A DNA stretch of 64,000 nt from a virus, in IMG/VR virus record IMGVR_UViG_3300022902_000008; one strand, 5' to 3'. A program made the translations under genes and the position numbers. Under the pieces are notes generated by a model, which saw only the letters and a list, made by a program, of their open reading frames with translations, had not been told where the DNA came from and made no database searches. This document shows, in pieces, positions 1 through 8,613 of the stretch (the first letter of the stretch is position 1; each line of letters starts with the position of its first letter).

Positions 1-1
1 A

Positions 2-106
2 ACAAAATCGTGGTATATAAATGATCAAAAATACTCAGAAAACAAATATTGGAAAAAAGTAGGCCTTGACAAGAAAGAAGAGTATTATAAGGGATTGAAC
101 AAATGA
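2..106 (+). CDS. 3' end of an upstream WYLNG-repeat family paralogue (partial)
   Basis: Frame 2 reads TKSWYINDQKYSENKYWKKVGLDKKEEYYKGLNK*, the same C-terminus as ORFs 12781/14360/15430/18062; ATGA overlap with ORF 103. Confidence 0.85.
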   Translation, partial: TKSWYINDQKYSENKYWKKVGLDKKEEYYKGLNK

Positions 107-1419
107 ACCTATTAGAAAAATATATAAGATTATTGTTGGTTGAATCAAGAGTTGATGATATAAAGATAAAATATCCTAATATTGCAAATAAAGTTGAATT
201 ATTATCTAAACAAGACCCTTCAGGCAATAATAAATACCTTGAATGGATGGTTAAGCAGGCTTCAACAGGCTATGGTTTAGATGATATTGTTGAGTTAGTA
301 AACTTATTTCATAAAAGCCAACAAAGGTTGAAAGGTAATAAGAAAGATCTTTATAGTTATAAAAATCTTAGTGAACTGTCAAAAGAGTTAGATAAGCTTC
401 CAAAAAAATCAAAGAGACAACAAAAAATAGAAATTTCTGAAGGTGCAGAAAAAATATATGAAGATGATGAAGCTTTGTTAATAAGGGTGGACACAAAGGA
501 TGCTGTTTGTAAATATGGTGCAGGAACAAAGTGGTGCATAACGAGTAAAAATGAAAGACACTTTGAAAAATATTCAGAAGAGGGCGTTATATTTTATTAT
601 ATGATTGCAAAAAATATAGAAAATGACGGCTCTGTATTAAACAAGATCGCCTTTGCTGTTTATACTGTTGGTTCAAATGTTGGAAAAGTTGACATATTTG
701 ACTCTGAAGATAATGAAAGAAATGTTGTTGGTGATATTGAACATTATCCACCATATGATATGTTGGTCGAAAAGGCATTGCATTTAATTGAAAGTGATTC
801 TAAAAAATTAGGTAAAAATTATTATGTTGATAAAATAGTAGAAAAAATTTATAATAATCCGAAACAAATTTTAGATTATAGTTATAACGATGCCGCAGTA
901 CACGATTTGTTAGAAGATAAGGACTTGCCAGAGGATATATTAGAAGTTGTTTTTAATAATATGGATTTTTTTCTTCACAATATAAACAAGTGGGTATCAC
1001 ATTCAAACAACACGCCTAGATTATTAACTTACTTAAGTGATGATAGACGATTTCCACCATCAATTCGCTCTTTAGTCGCTCTGCATGAGAACACCCCTGT
1101 TGATGTTTTGGGTAGGATGGTTTTTGATTATAATGATGCGACTCAAAGTTGGATGGTTGCTAGGTCAGCGGTTTTGAATGAAAGAACGCCCTATTATGCA
1201 TTGAAGAATGTCATAACTATGGGAAGTCAAAGTCACGATGTAATTTCTTACATGTTGCTAAGGGATGATTTAACATATGAGATAATAAAATTAATGTTAG
1301 AAAATAAATCAACAATGTATTTTATAAAGGATGTTTATGATTATGTAAAAGATCACAAACAAAGCTTTACAGAGGAAGAATATAATAAACTAATGCAAAC
1401 AATTGAATATAATTTTTAA
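103..1419 (+). CDS. Leader-bearing family protein (DPSGNN + CxYGxxTKWC core, C-terminal HEAT/LRV-like repeats); putative virion internal protein
   Basis: MNLLEKYIRLLLVE leader, DPSGNNKYLEWM, AVCKYGAGTKWC, C-terminal HENTPVDVL/NERTPYYAL repeats. Confidence 0.7.
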   Translation: MNLLEKYIRLLLVESRVDDIKIKYPNIANKVELLSKQDPSGNNKYLEWMVKQASTGYGLDDIVELVNLFHKSQQRLKGNKKDLYSYKNLSELSKELDKLPKKSKRQQKIEISEGAEKIYEDDEALLIRVDTKDAVCKYGAGTKWCITSKNERHFEKYSEEGVIFYYMIAKNIENDGSVLNKIAFAVYTVGSNVGKVDIFDSEDNERNVVGDIEHYPPYDMLVEKALHLIESDSKKLGKNYYVDKIVEKIYNNPKQILDYSYNDAAVHDLLEDKDLPEDILEVVFNNMDFFLHNINKWVSHSNNTPRLLTYLSDDRRFPPSIRSLVALHENTPVDVLGRMVFDYNDATQSWMVARSAVLNERTPYYALKNVITMGSQSHDVISYMLLRDDLTYEIIKLMLENKSTMYFIKDVYDYVKDHKQSFTEEEYNKLMQTIEYNF

Positions 1420-1436
1420 ATGGGAGAGTTAAATAA

Positions 1437-1685
1437 ATGCAACTAACTGAAGCACAAATTGAAAATCTAATTTTAAAAGTAATTACAGAGACTACAAATG
1501 GCAAAAAGAAAAAAGTTGCAAGCACACTTAGTCAAGTTGTCAACCTTCTATCAACCTATCAGTTATCATTCTCAGGGGAAGAAAAAAGAAACTTAATTAA
1601 AGCTCAAGGGTTAATTGAAGACATTGTTATTGCAATGGAGAGAGAGTTCAAAAATAACAAACGACAATTAACTTTAGCAGCTTAA
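1437..1685 (+). CDS. Small leader-bearing hypothetical protein
   Basis: GGGAG RBS; N-terminus MQLTEAQIENLILKVITE. Confidence 0.6.
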   Translation: MQLTEAQIENLILKVITETTNGKKKKVASTLSQVVNLLSTYQLSFSGEEKRNLIKAQGLIEDIVIAMEREFKNNKRQLTLAA

Positions 1686-1764
1686 AATATTATAGTGTTT
1701 TTCCTAAATTAAAATATAATTAATATATAGAGAGTAAATTTAAATTAATTGGAATACAAATTAA

Positions 1765-2364
1765 TTGGGTAGATTATTTATAACAAAAAGAGAGCTTCAG
1801 CTTATTTCTGATATTAACAAAGAGTTAATAAAAGATATCATTGGAGAAGAGATAATATATCATCCAGTATCAGAAGAGAAGACAAAAAAGGATGAGCTAT
1901 ATGATGAGGCTGAGGTAAAGGTAACAGAGACTCCAATAAATATAAGATGTTTGGTTAATTGGGAAGGTTCAACAACTGAAACAACAAATTTTGGTGTGGA
2001 TAAGAAATATTCAATTGAAGTTTATTTTCATGAAGAGGATCTTTCAGATAAGAACATAAAGTTGAGAGAGGGTGATTTTGTTGAATATGGAGCAATATTT
2101 TTTGAAGTTATAAATTTAGGACAACCAGACCTTATTTATGGACAAGCTGAGCACAAAGTTATGACAAAAGCTATTTGTAAGTCTGTTAGAAAAGGTCAGT
2201 TTTATAAAGATAGCCTGGAAACAGACGAAGAAAGGGATACGTTTACACAGATTGCTGGTGATGAAGATGAGGGTGACAGGAGAGAGTTGGTTGAAGGTGG
2301 GAAGATTGAGAGGTTGTTGGACCATGGTGTAACTTCACCGTTTACTGAAGATGATGATTATTGA
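1765..2364 (+). CDS. Neck/head-closure protein (T4 gp14-like)
   Basis: ELIKDIIGEEIIY...LYDE...FGVD...EGDFVEYG pattern of large-myophage neck proteins; lies upstream of tail genes. Confidence 0.65.
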   Translation: MGRLFITKRELQLISDINKELIKDIIGEEIIYHPVSEEKTKKDELYDEAEVKVTETPINIRCLVNWEGSTTETTNFGVDKKYSIEVYFHEEDLSDKNIKLREGDFVEYGAIFFEVINLGQPDLIYGQAEHKVMTKAICKSVRKGQFYKDSLETDEERDTFTQIAGDEDEGDRRELVEGGKIERLLDHGVTSPFTEDDDY

Positions 2365-3152
2365 TGGACATATTAGAACGATATATAAAAAACTTAATTG
2401 AGAGGGAGTTAGTTAATGGGCTGTATGGTAAATATTTGTTTGGAGAGCCGAGGGGTCTGCCAACAAAAGAAAATCCAGAAAAAGATGTTGATGAGGAAAG
2501 AAAGTTATATAAAGCTTTGTCTGATTGGGTGCAAGATCGTCGTATAAGTGCTAAGTTTTTGAAGCAGCTTGATAAGTTAAAAGATATGATGGATCAGGGT
2601 TTATATAAGGATGTTTTGAAGCCAAAGCTTGGAAAAGTTTATCGTGGTATGCAACTATCAACTACTTTGGCAGAGGAAATGTTTGGAAACAATATTTTTG
2701 ATGAAATAACTACTGAAAATCTAGTTGTTAAAATTGAAAATTATGTATATGAACCAAGAAAAATGATTTCTTCATGGTCTTATAAAAAAAGAACGGCATT
2801 AGGTTTTTCTGTTTATCTTTATAATAGATTTTATAGAGATATATATTCTAATAAAAATCTTGTTTATGTAATATATAAGGCCAATGTTGCTAATAATAAT
2901 TTTCTGTTTGATTATAGGCAAATTAAGCCATATAATTACTACTTAAGTGGTAAGTATAAGGGCAAATATAAAGAGTTCTTTCCTCATCATGTACATAGTT
3001 CGAATTTAATGAGACAAGAAAGTGAAGTTATTTCATTAGGGCCTATTAATTGTGAGGAGGTTTGTATTATCCCATATGGACTCATAAGTAATGTGGGCAA
3101 ACATATATCTAAAAAAGACGTTGCTGATCTGTTTAGGAGGGAGGTTAGATAG
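2361..3152 (+). CDS. Putative ADP-ribosyltransferase (R-S-E type) with leader
   Basis: VYRG ... ISSWS ... RQESEV catalytic motif order; MDILERYIKNLIERE leader. Confidence 0.65.
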   Translation: MMDILERYIKNLIERELVNGLYGKYLFGEPRGLPTKENPEKDVDEERKLYKALSDWVQDRRISAKFLKQLDKLKDMMDQGLYKDVLKPKLGKVYRGMQLSTTLAEEMFGNNIFDEITTENLVVKIENYVYEPRKMISSWSYKKRTALGFSVYLYNRFYRDIYSNKNLVYVIYKANVANNNFLFDYRQIKPYNYYLSGKYKGKYKEFFPHHVHSSNLMRQESEVISLGPINCEEVCIIPYGLISNVGKHISKKDVADLFRREVR

Positions 3153-4445
3153 ATGCGCTTATTAGAACAATATATAAAAAATCTGTTAGTTGAATCAAGA
3201 TTTGATGATGCGAAAAAAATTGATCCAGAGTTAAAGGAGCCAGGATTAGAATATTTGTCTAATAATGATCCGTCAGGAAATGACAAATACTTAATGTGGA
3301 TGGTAAGGCAAAAGAATTATCCTTTAATGGATAGGCTTGAGTTGGTCAAACAGTTTCATAGAAATATACAAAGGTTGCCAAAAGACAAAAGAGACATAAA
3401 CAAATTTGTTAGTATGGAAGAGCTAAGTGCGTTTCTTGACAATATAGCTATAACTTCAAAAAGGCAGCAAAAAAAAGATATTTCAAAAGGTGGCGTAGAA
3501 AGGGTTTATGAAGATGATAATGTATTAGCTTTCAGGGTAAACACAGAGGATGCTGCTTGTAAATATGGTGCAGGAACAAAATGGTGCATTTCAGCAAAAA
3601 GAGATAACAGGTTTATACAATATTCTATGGATAATGTTGTGTTTTATTTTTTACTTAACAAAGATCTTATAAGTAAAGCCCCTCATGATAAGTATGCAAA
3701 GGTTGCAATTGCTGTTGGTACTGATGGAAGGGATGAAACATTTGATGCAACTGATACAAAATTTCATGTATTAGATTTGTTATCAAAGGCCGAAACTCCT
3801 GAAATTGACAACTCTATATCAAAAGCATTAGCAAGAATTAATGTAAATTGGGCAAAAAATTCAAAGTCTGTTTGTAAAGAAAAGTTTATGGAAGAGATAA
3901 ATAATAATCCAAAAAATGTTATGAAATTAGGTACTTCATATAAAATACGATTAGCTAGTGATTTTAACACACAAGGTAATGTTTTAGAATATTTGGCAGG
4001 GTATGAAAGTTATCCTGAAGTTTTGTTGCCGTTAACAGGAAACCCATCACTGACAATAAAAGCTATGAAGTTGTTGTCAAATCATGATAATTTTCAAGTG
4101 AGGGCCGGGATTGCTATAAATGAAAAAACTCCAATTAATATCTTAAGAGAATTGTCTAAGGACGATCATGAGTATGTTAAGTTTCAGTTAATTAGAAACA
4201 TTGTTGCTATGAAAGATAAAGGGGTTATTGATATATTGTTAAGTGGTGAGTGTAGTAAGGTTAGGGAAGTGTTGGCGTGGTCTAGCTATACTCCAATGAA
4301 TGCATTATTTAGGCTAGCTTATTATGATAACAGTTTAATTGTTAGGGAACGGGCATTGAAACAAATTATTGAAAGAGATTATAAAGACGAATATGATAGA
4401 TATAAGGAAACACCAGAAAAAGAGAGGCTAGAAAAGTATGCCTAA
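3153..4445 (+). CDS. Leader-bearing family protein with HEAT/LRV-like repeats
   Basis: MRLLEQYIKNLLVE, DPSGNDKYLMWM, AACKYGAGTKWC, VRAGIAINEKTPINILRELSKD repeats. Confidence 0.7.
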   Translation: MRLLEQYIKNLLVESRFDDAKKIDPELKEPGLEYLSNNDPSGNDKYLMWMVRQKNYPLMDRLELVKQFHRNIQRLPKDKRDINKFVSMEELSAFLDNIAITSKRQQKKDISKGGVERVYEDDNVLAFRVNTEDAACKYGAGTKWCISAKRDNRFIQYSMDNVVFYFLLNKDLISKAPHDKYAKVAIAVGTDGRDETFDATDTKFHVLDLLSKAETPEIDNSISKALARINVNWAKNSKSVCKEKFMEEINNNPKNVMKLGTSYKIRLASDFNTQGNVLEYLAGYESYPEVLLPLTGNPSLTIKAMKLLSNHDNFQVRAGIAINEKTPINILRELSKDDHEYVKFQLIRNIVAMKDKGVIDILLSGECSKVREVLAWSSYTPMNALFRLAYYDNSLIVRERALKQIIERDYKDEYDRYKETPEKERLEKYA

Positions 4446-5595
4446 TAGAGAAGATTACTTACAAAGGGGAGAAAGCCCAACATTTTCAAACAAAAGGGTT
4501 AAAAATGAAAATGTAAAGGATCGTCCTGGTACAACAACAGAAGACTTTGTATTACCTTCATCAACAATAAAAGATATTGATAAAGCAATATATAATCATT
4601 TTGACGAGAGCTTAAATATATTTTTAAAGATTAACAAGGAAAGTAAAAAAGTTCCTGTCATGTTTGCAACTGGAGAAAGGTGGGCATTAGTAAGAAAAAG
4701 AAAGCCACTAAGAGATGGTGATGGTAGGTTAATACTTCCACTAATAACAGTTAGCAAGGGAGACACAGAAAAAACAGAAGACATGCATGGCATTCCAGGT
4801 GATTTTGGGGAGCTAATAATAAAAAGAAAGATAGGGGCAGACAATCCAAACTACCAAAACCTAATTAACCAAACAGGCTTAATTAACCAAAAGAATGTAC
4901 ACTTATCTGGCTCAACAGAAAGTGATCAAGAAGGATCAAGAAGAACACCTCCAGGAAAACCATTTAATGGAGTGTTGTATAAGGGAAAGCAAATCAATCA
5001 ATCAAAGTTAAACCCAAGAAATATATATGAGATATACTCAATGGGGTTCCCAGATTTTGTTACAATAACTTATGAGGTAATTGTATGGACACAATATTCA
5101 ACTCAAAACAATACAATTGTTGAAAGTGTGTTAAGGGGATGTGATTGGAAGAATTCAATAAAACTAGATACTGACAAAGGATATTATTATATTGCTATTC
5201 TAGAGAAAAATATTGTAAATCAATCAAACAAAGACGATTTTTCAGACACAGAAAGACTAGTTAAAAGTGTGTTTACTGTTAAGGTTATGGCTTATATTAT
5301 GGGTGCAACTGATAGTGAAAGTGTGCCAATAACAAAAATGGTGAATGCCCCTCAATTAAGGTTTGAAACTTTTGATGGCAACGGCTCTTCAACGTTATAT
5401 GATCCAGATAAGCTGGGTGATGATGTTGATCAAGTGGATGAGTTATCAAAGATGGGGAGAAAGGCAAATAGAAAGATACGGAAGAGAAAAGGTGGAGACT
5501 CATCACATAAAAATAAAAATAAAACAAAAAAAGCTTCAGAGAAAGTTTGGTTTTTTAATGATGTTGAGCAGCTTGACGACTTTTTTGCAAATTAA
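4438..5595 (+). CDS. Tail terminator/sheath stabiliser (T4 gp15-like)
   Basis: KVPVMFATGERW...LPLITV...PDFVTITYEVIVW pattern; immediately upstream of sheath genes. Confidence 0.6.
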   Translation: MPNREDYLQRGESPTFSNKRVKNENVKDRPGTTTEDFVLPSSTIKDIDKAIYNHFDESLNIFLKINKESKKVPVMFATGERWALVRKRKPLRDGDGRLILPLITVSKGDTEKTEDMHGIPGDFGELIIKRKIGADNPNYQNLINQTGLINQKNVHLSGSTESDQEGSRRTPPGKPFNGVLYKGKQINQSKLNPRNIYEIYSMGFPDFVTITYEVIVWTQYSTQNNTIVESVLRGCDWKNSIKLDTDKGYYYIAILEKNIVNQSNKDDFSDTERLVKSVFTVKVMAYIMGATDSESVPITKMVNAPQLRFETFDGNGSSTLYDPDKLGDDVDQVDELSKMGRKANRKIRKRKGGDSSHKNKNKTKKASEKVWFFNDVEQLDDFFAN

Positions 5596-5717
5596 TTAAT
5601 TTTCTTAAAAATTTTTTGGCATTTCAATTAAGTGTAAACATACTTAATAATAAGCATTATTTTAAGTTTTTTAAATAATGAATAAAAATGTAATTATATA
5701 TTGGGAGAAAAAATAAT

Positions 5718-8558
5718 ATGGCAACAGAGAAGACATTTAGAAGTCCTGGTATTTTTCAGACTGAAATCGAATTAACCCCAACTCAGATTAAACCATTTGG
5801 TACTCCTGGTACTGTTGTAGGTACGGCAGAAAAAGGGCCTGCCTTTGTACCAGTACTATTTGCTCAATGGAAAGACTTTGTTGCAACATTTGGTGATTTG
5901 GACTCTGATTATTATGGTCCATATGCAATGAGAGAGTTTTTAAGGAGTAGCACATCTGGCGTTTATATGAGAGTTTTGGGTGGTGGAACAGCAGCAGTTA
6001 GTGCAACTGATGGTACAGTTTCCAATGCTGGTTTTTTGCTTTCTGGTAGTGATGGAAGGGTACAATTCCTTTGTGCAAACCATACAGACACTACAGATTC
6101 ACAATTCCTTGGACAAGCTTCAGGCTCAGCAGAAGATTCATCAGCAAACTTGGTGAGAGCCGTCATTATGACAAGTGGTTCAACAAGAATCAGGGTTGCA
6201 GATACCACTGAAGATGATGTTCCAATTGCTAACCTAGAAACTTTTAATGATACTTGTACGGCAACAGGTAACAAGTTTCACTTGTTTATTTCTTCATCAT
6301 CAGATTGGACTGGTGGAAATGTTGCTGGTAGTCTTAATGTTAGAAAATTAAGTGCATCATTAAACCCATCAGATACTGAGTATGTTGGTAATACCCTCAA
6401 TACTGATCCAGATTTATTTGGCACAGAAAGGCACTTACTTTACCTTGACTTCCCTGTTGATATTGAACGTGCGACTACTGTAGGCAAAACTGTAGAAATT
6501 CTTAGTGGTTCACATATTGATGCTGGCGAAAATTGGGATAAAAAATATGGTGATTATCAAAGTAGATATACAACTTCAAAATCTCCTTATGTTATTTCAC
6601 AAAGATTTGGTACAAGAAAGTATGATCTTTTCTATTTTGAGTCACTTTCTGATGGAAAATGGGCTAATGAAAATATTAAGATCTCTGTTACAAATGTAAG
6701 AAGGCCTGTTTCTGATACCGAACTTTATGGAACCTTTACTTTAGTGGTAAGAAAGTTTGATGATACAGATAACGATCCAGTTATTATGGAACAACATACA
6801 AACTTAGATCTTAACCCAAATTCAGAAAATTATATCATTAGAAGAATTGGAGATAAAAGTATTTATTTTGATTGGGATCAAAGTGATGATGACGAAAGAA
6901 GGTTAGTAGTAGATGGTGATTATGCAAACAGATCAACTCATATCAGAGTAATTCCAAGTAATGATCTTAAAAATGGTGTGGTTCCAACCGATGCCCTTCC
7001 ATGGGGATTTAAGGGATATCCATTAATGCATACAAAAAATAGGCTCTTTGGTGATGAAGCAACAATTATTGATTCGACCATCCCTCCAATCCCATTTAGG
7101 GTTAACGTGGGTAAAAAGTCTAGCACAAACAAAACCCTTAACACAAAACTACATTGGGGTGTACACTTTGAAAGAGCTTCAGGCTCAGCAGAAAGTGTGT
7201 GGTCAGGAAGAGATGATGGTTATATTAATGCCTCATTAAAACATAATAATTGTCTAGATAGTATGGCTAGGTTTATGGGAATTAATCATGCCGGACAAGA
7301 TGTATTGTTGTCTGGTTCAAATATGAATGATTATAGCGCAACTGTTGGTAGTTGGTATAATGAATTCTCATTAGAAAAAATTGATACAGCAGGGTCTTCT
7401 TCAAAATTGTCAGATGCAAAATATTGGCAATATAAAGGAACTTATGATCTTGCAGCTTCAAATGCATTCAAACCAGACTCAACTTATCTAAATAAGTTTG
7501 CAAATGTAGCTAAATTCTCATTCTTCTTTTATGGTGGTTTTGATGGCACAGATATGCTAGATAAAAATTCACGTCTAATGAGAGATGATGATATGCAAGC
7601 AACTGAGTTCACTGTGAGAAATGTTGTTCATGGTAATTCATTGGATTGTAATACAGTTAAGTCATATAGAACTGCAATTGATATTGTTGCAAATCCAGAA
7701 AATGTAGATACAAACTTGTTAGCAATTCCTGATATTCGAGATGGATTGGTTACTGACTATGCAGTAGATGCCGTTGAGGACAGGTTTGATTGTTTCTATA
7801 TTATGGATGCTGAAAATGTTGATGAAGATGGTGATGTAATTTTTGATAATCCAGTTGGGCAAGATGTCGCAGGAAGTGGTAGGCCATCAGTTGAAAATAC
7901 GATTAGTCAATTGGAGACAAGAGGCCTTGATACAAACTTTGCTGCAACTTATTGGCCTGATGTTCGTTTATATGACGAGGCAAATAATAAAGTAGTAACT
8001 GTTCCGCCTTCAGTTGTTGTGATGGGTGCATTTGCGTTTAATGATAAAGTAGCTCAGCCTTGGTTTGCCCCTGCTGGATTTAATAGGGGTGGATTAACTA
8101 ATGTTAGAGATGCAGATGTTAGATTGACTCACAAAGATCGTGGTGATCTTTATGATGCAAATGTTAATCCAATTGCACAGTTCCCTAAAGAGGGTGTTTT
8201 AATTCTTGGTCAGAAAACACTTCAAGCTGCACAATCTGCCCTTGATCGTGTTAATGTCCGAAGAATGGTGTTGGAAGTTAGGAGAGCAGTCAAGTCTGTT
8301 GCACAGAAATTGCTTTTCGAGCCAAATACTTTTAGCACATGGGAACGTTTTGTTTCTATGGTTAATCCTATTTTAGAACGTGTACAATCTCAGTCAGGAT
8401 TAGAGAAGTTCAAGGTTGTCATGGATGATACCACAACTTCACAGTCTGATGTTGAAAATTATGTGATGAAGGGGATGATCTACTTGGCCCCAACAAAGGC
8501 GGCAGAATTCATTAGTATCGATTTTGTTATTACAAATGCTGGTGTTGAATTTGCATAA
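5718..8558 (+). CDS. Tail sheath protein 1
   Basis: SPGIFQTEIE, KGPAFVP, WFAPAGFNRG, GQKTL...RVNVRR, EFISIDF sheath motifs. Confidence 0.95.
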   Translation: MATEKTFRSPGIFQTEIELTPTQIKPFGTPGTVVGTAEKGPAFVPVLFAQWKDFVATFGDLDSDYYGPYAMREFLRSSTSGVYMRVLGGGTAAVSATDGTVSNAGFLLSGSDGRVQFLCANHTDTTDSQFLGQASGSAEDSSANLVRAVIMTSGSTRIRVADTTEDDVPIANLETFNDTCTATGNKFHLFISSSSDWTGGNVAGSLNVRKLSASLNPSDTEYVGNTLNTDPDLFGTERHLLYLDFPVDIERATTVGKTVEILSGSHIDAGENWDKKYGDYQSRYTTSKSPYVISQRFGTRKYDLFYFESLSDGKWANENIKISVTNVRRPVSDTELYGTFTLVVRKFDDTDNDPVIMEQHTNLDLNPNSENYIIRRIGDKSIYFDWDQSDDDERRLVVDGDYANRSTHIRVIPSNDLKNGVVPTDALPWGFKGYPLMHTKNRLFGDEATIIDSTIPPIPFRVNVGKKSSTNKTLNTKLHWGVHFERASGSAESVWSGRDDGYINASLKHNNCLDSMARFMGINHAGQDVLLSGSNMNDYSATVGSWYNEFSLEKIDTAGSSSKLSDAKYWQYKGTYDLAASNAFKPDSTYLNKFANVAKFSFFFYGGFDGTDMLDKNSRLMRDDDMQATEFTVRNVVHGNSLDCNTVKSYRTAIDIVANPENVDTNLLAIPDIRDGLVTDYAVDAVEDRFDCFYIMDAENVDEDGDVIFDNPVGQDVAGSGRPSVENTISQLETRGLDTNFAATYWPDVRLYDEANNKVVTVPPSVVVMGAFAFNDKVAQPWFAPAGFNRGGLTNVRDADVRLTHKDRGDLYDANVNPIAQFPKEGVLILGQKTLQAAQSALDRVNVRRMVLEVRRAVKSVAQKLLFEPNTFSTWERFVSMVNPILERVQSQSGLEKFKVVMDDTTTSQSDVENYVMKGMIYLAPTKAAEFISIDFVITNAGVEFA

Positions 8559-8613
8559 TTAAATTAATTAGTGGAGATATTTAAATATATAATATTGATA
8601 GGAGATAATAATA

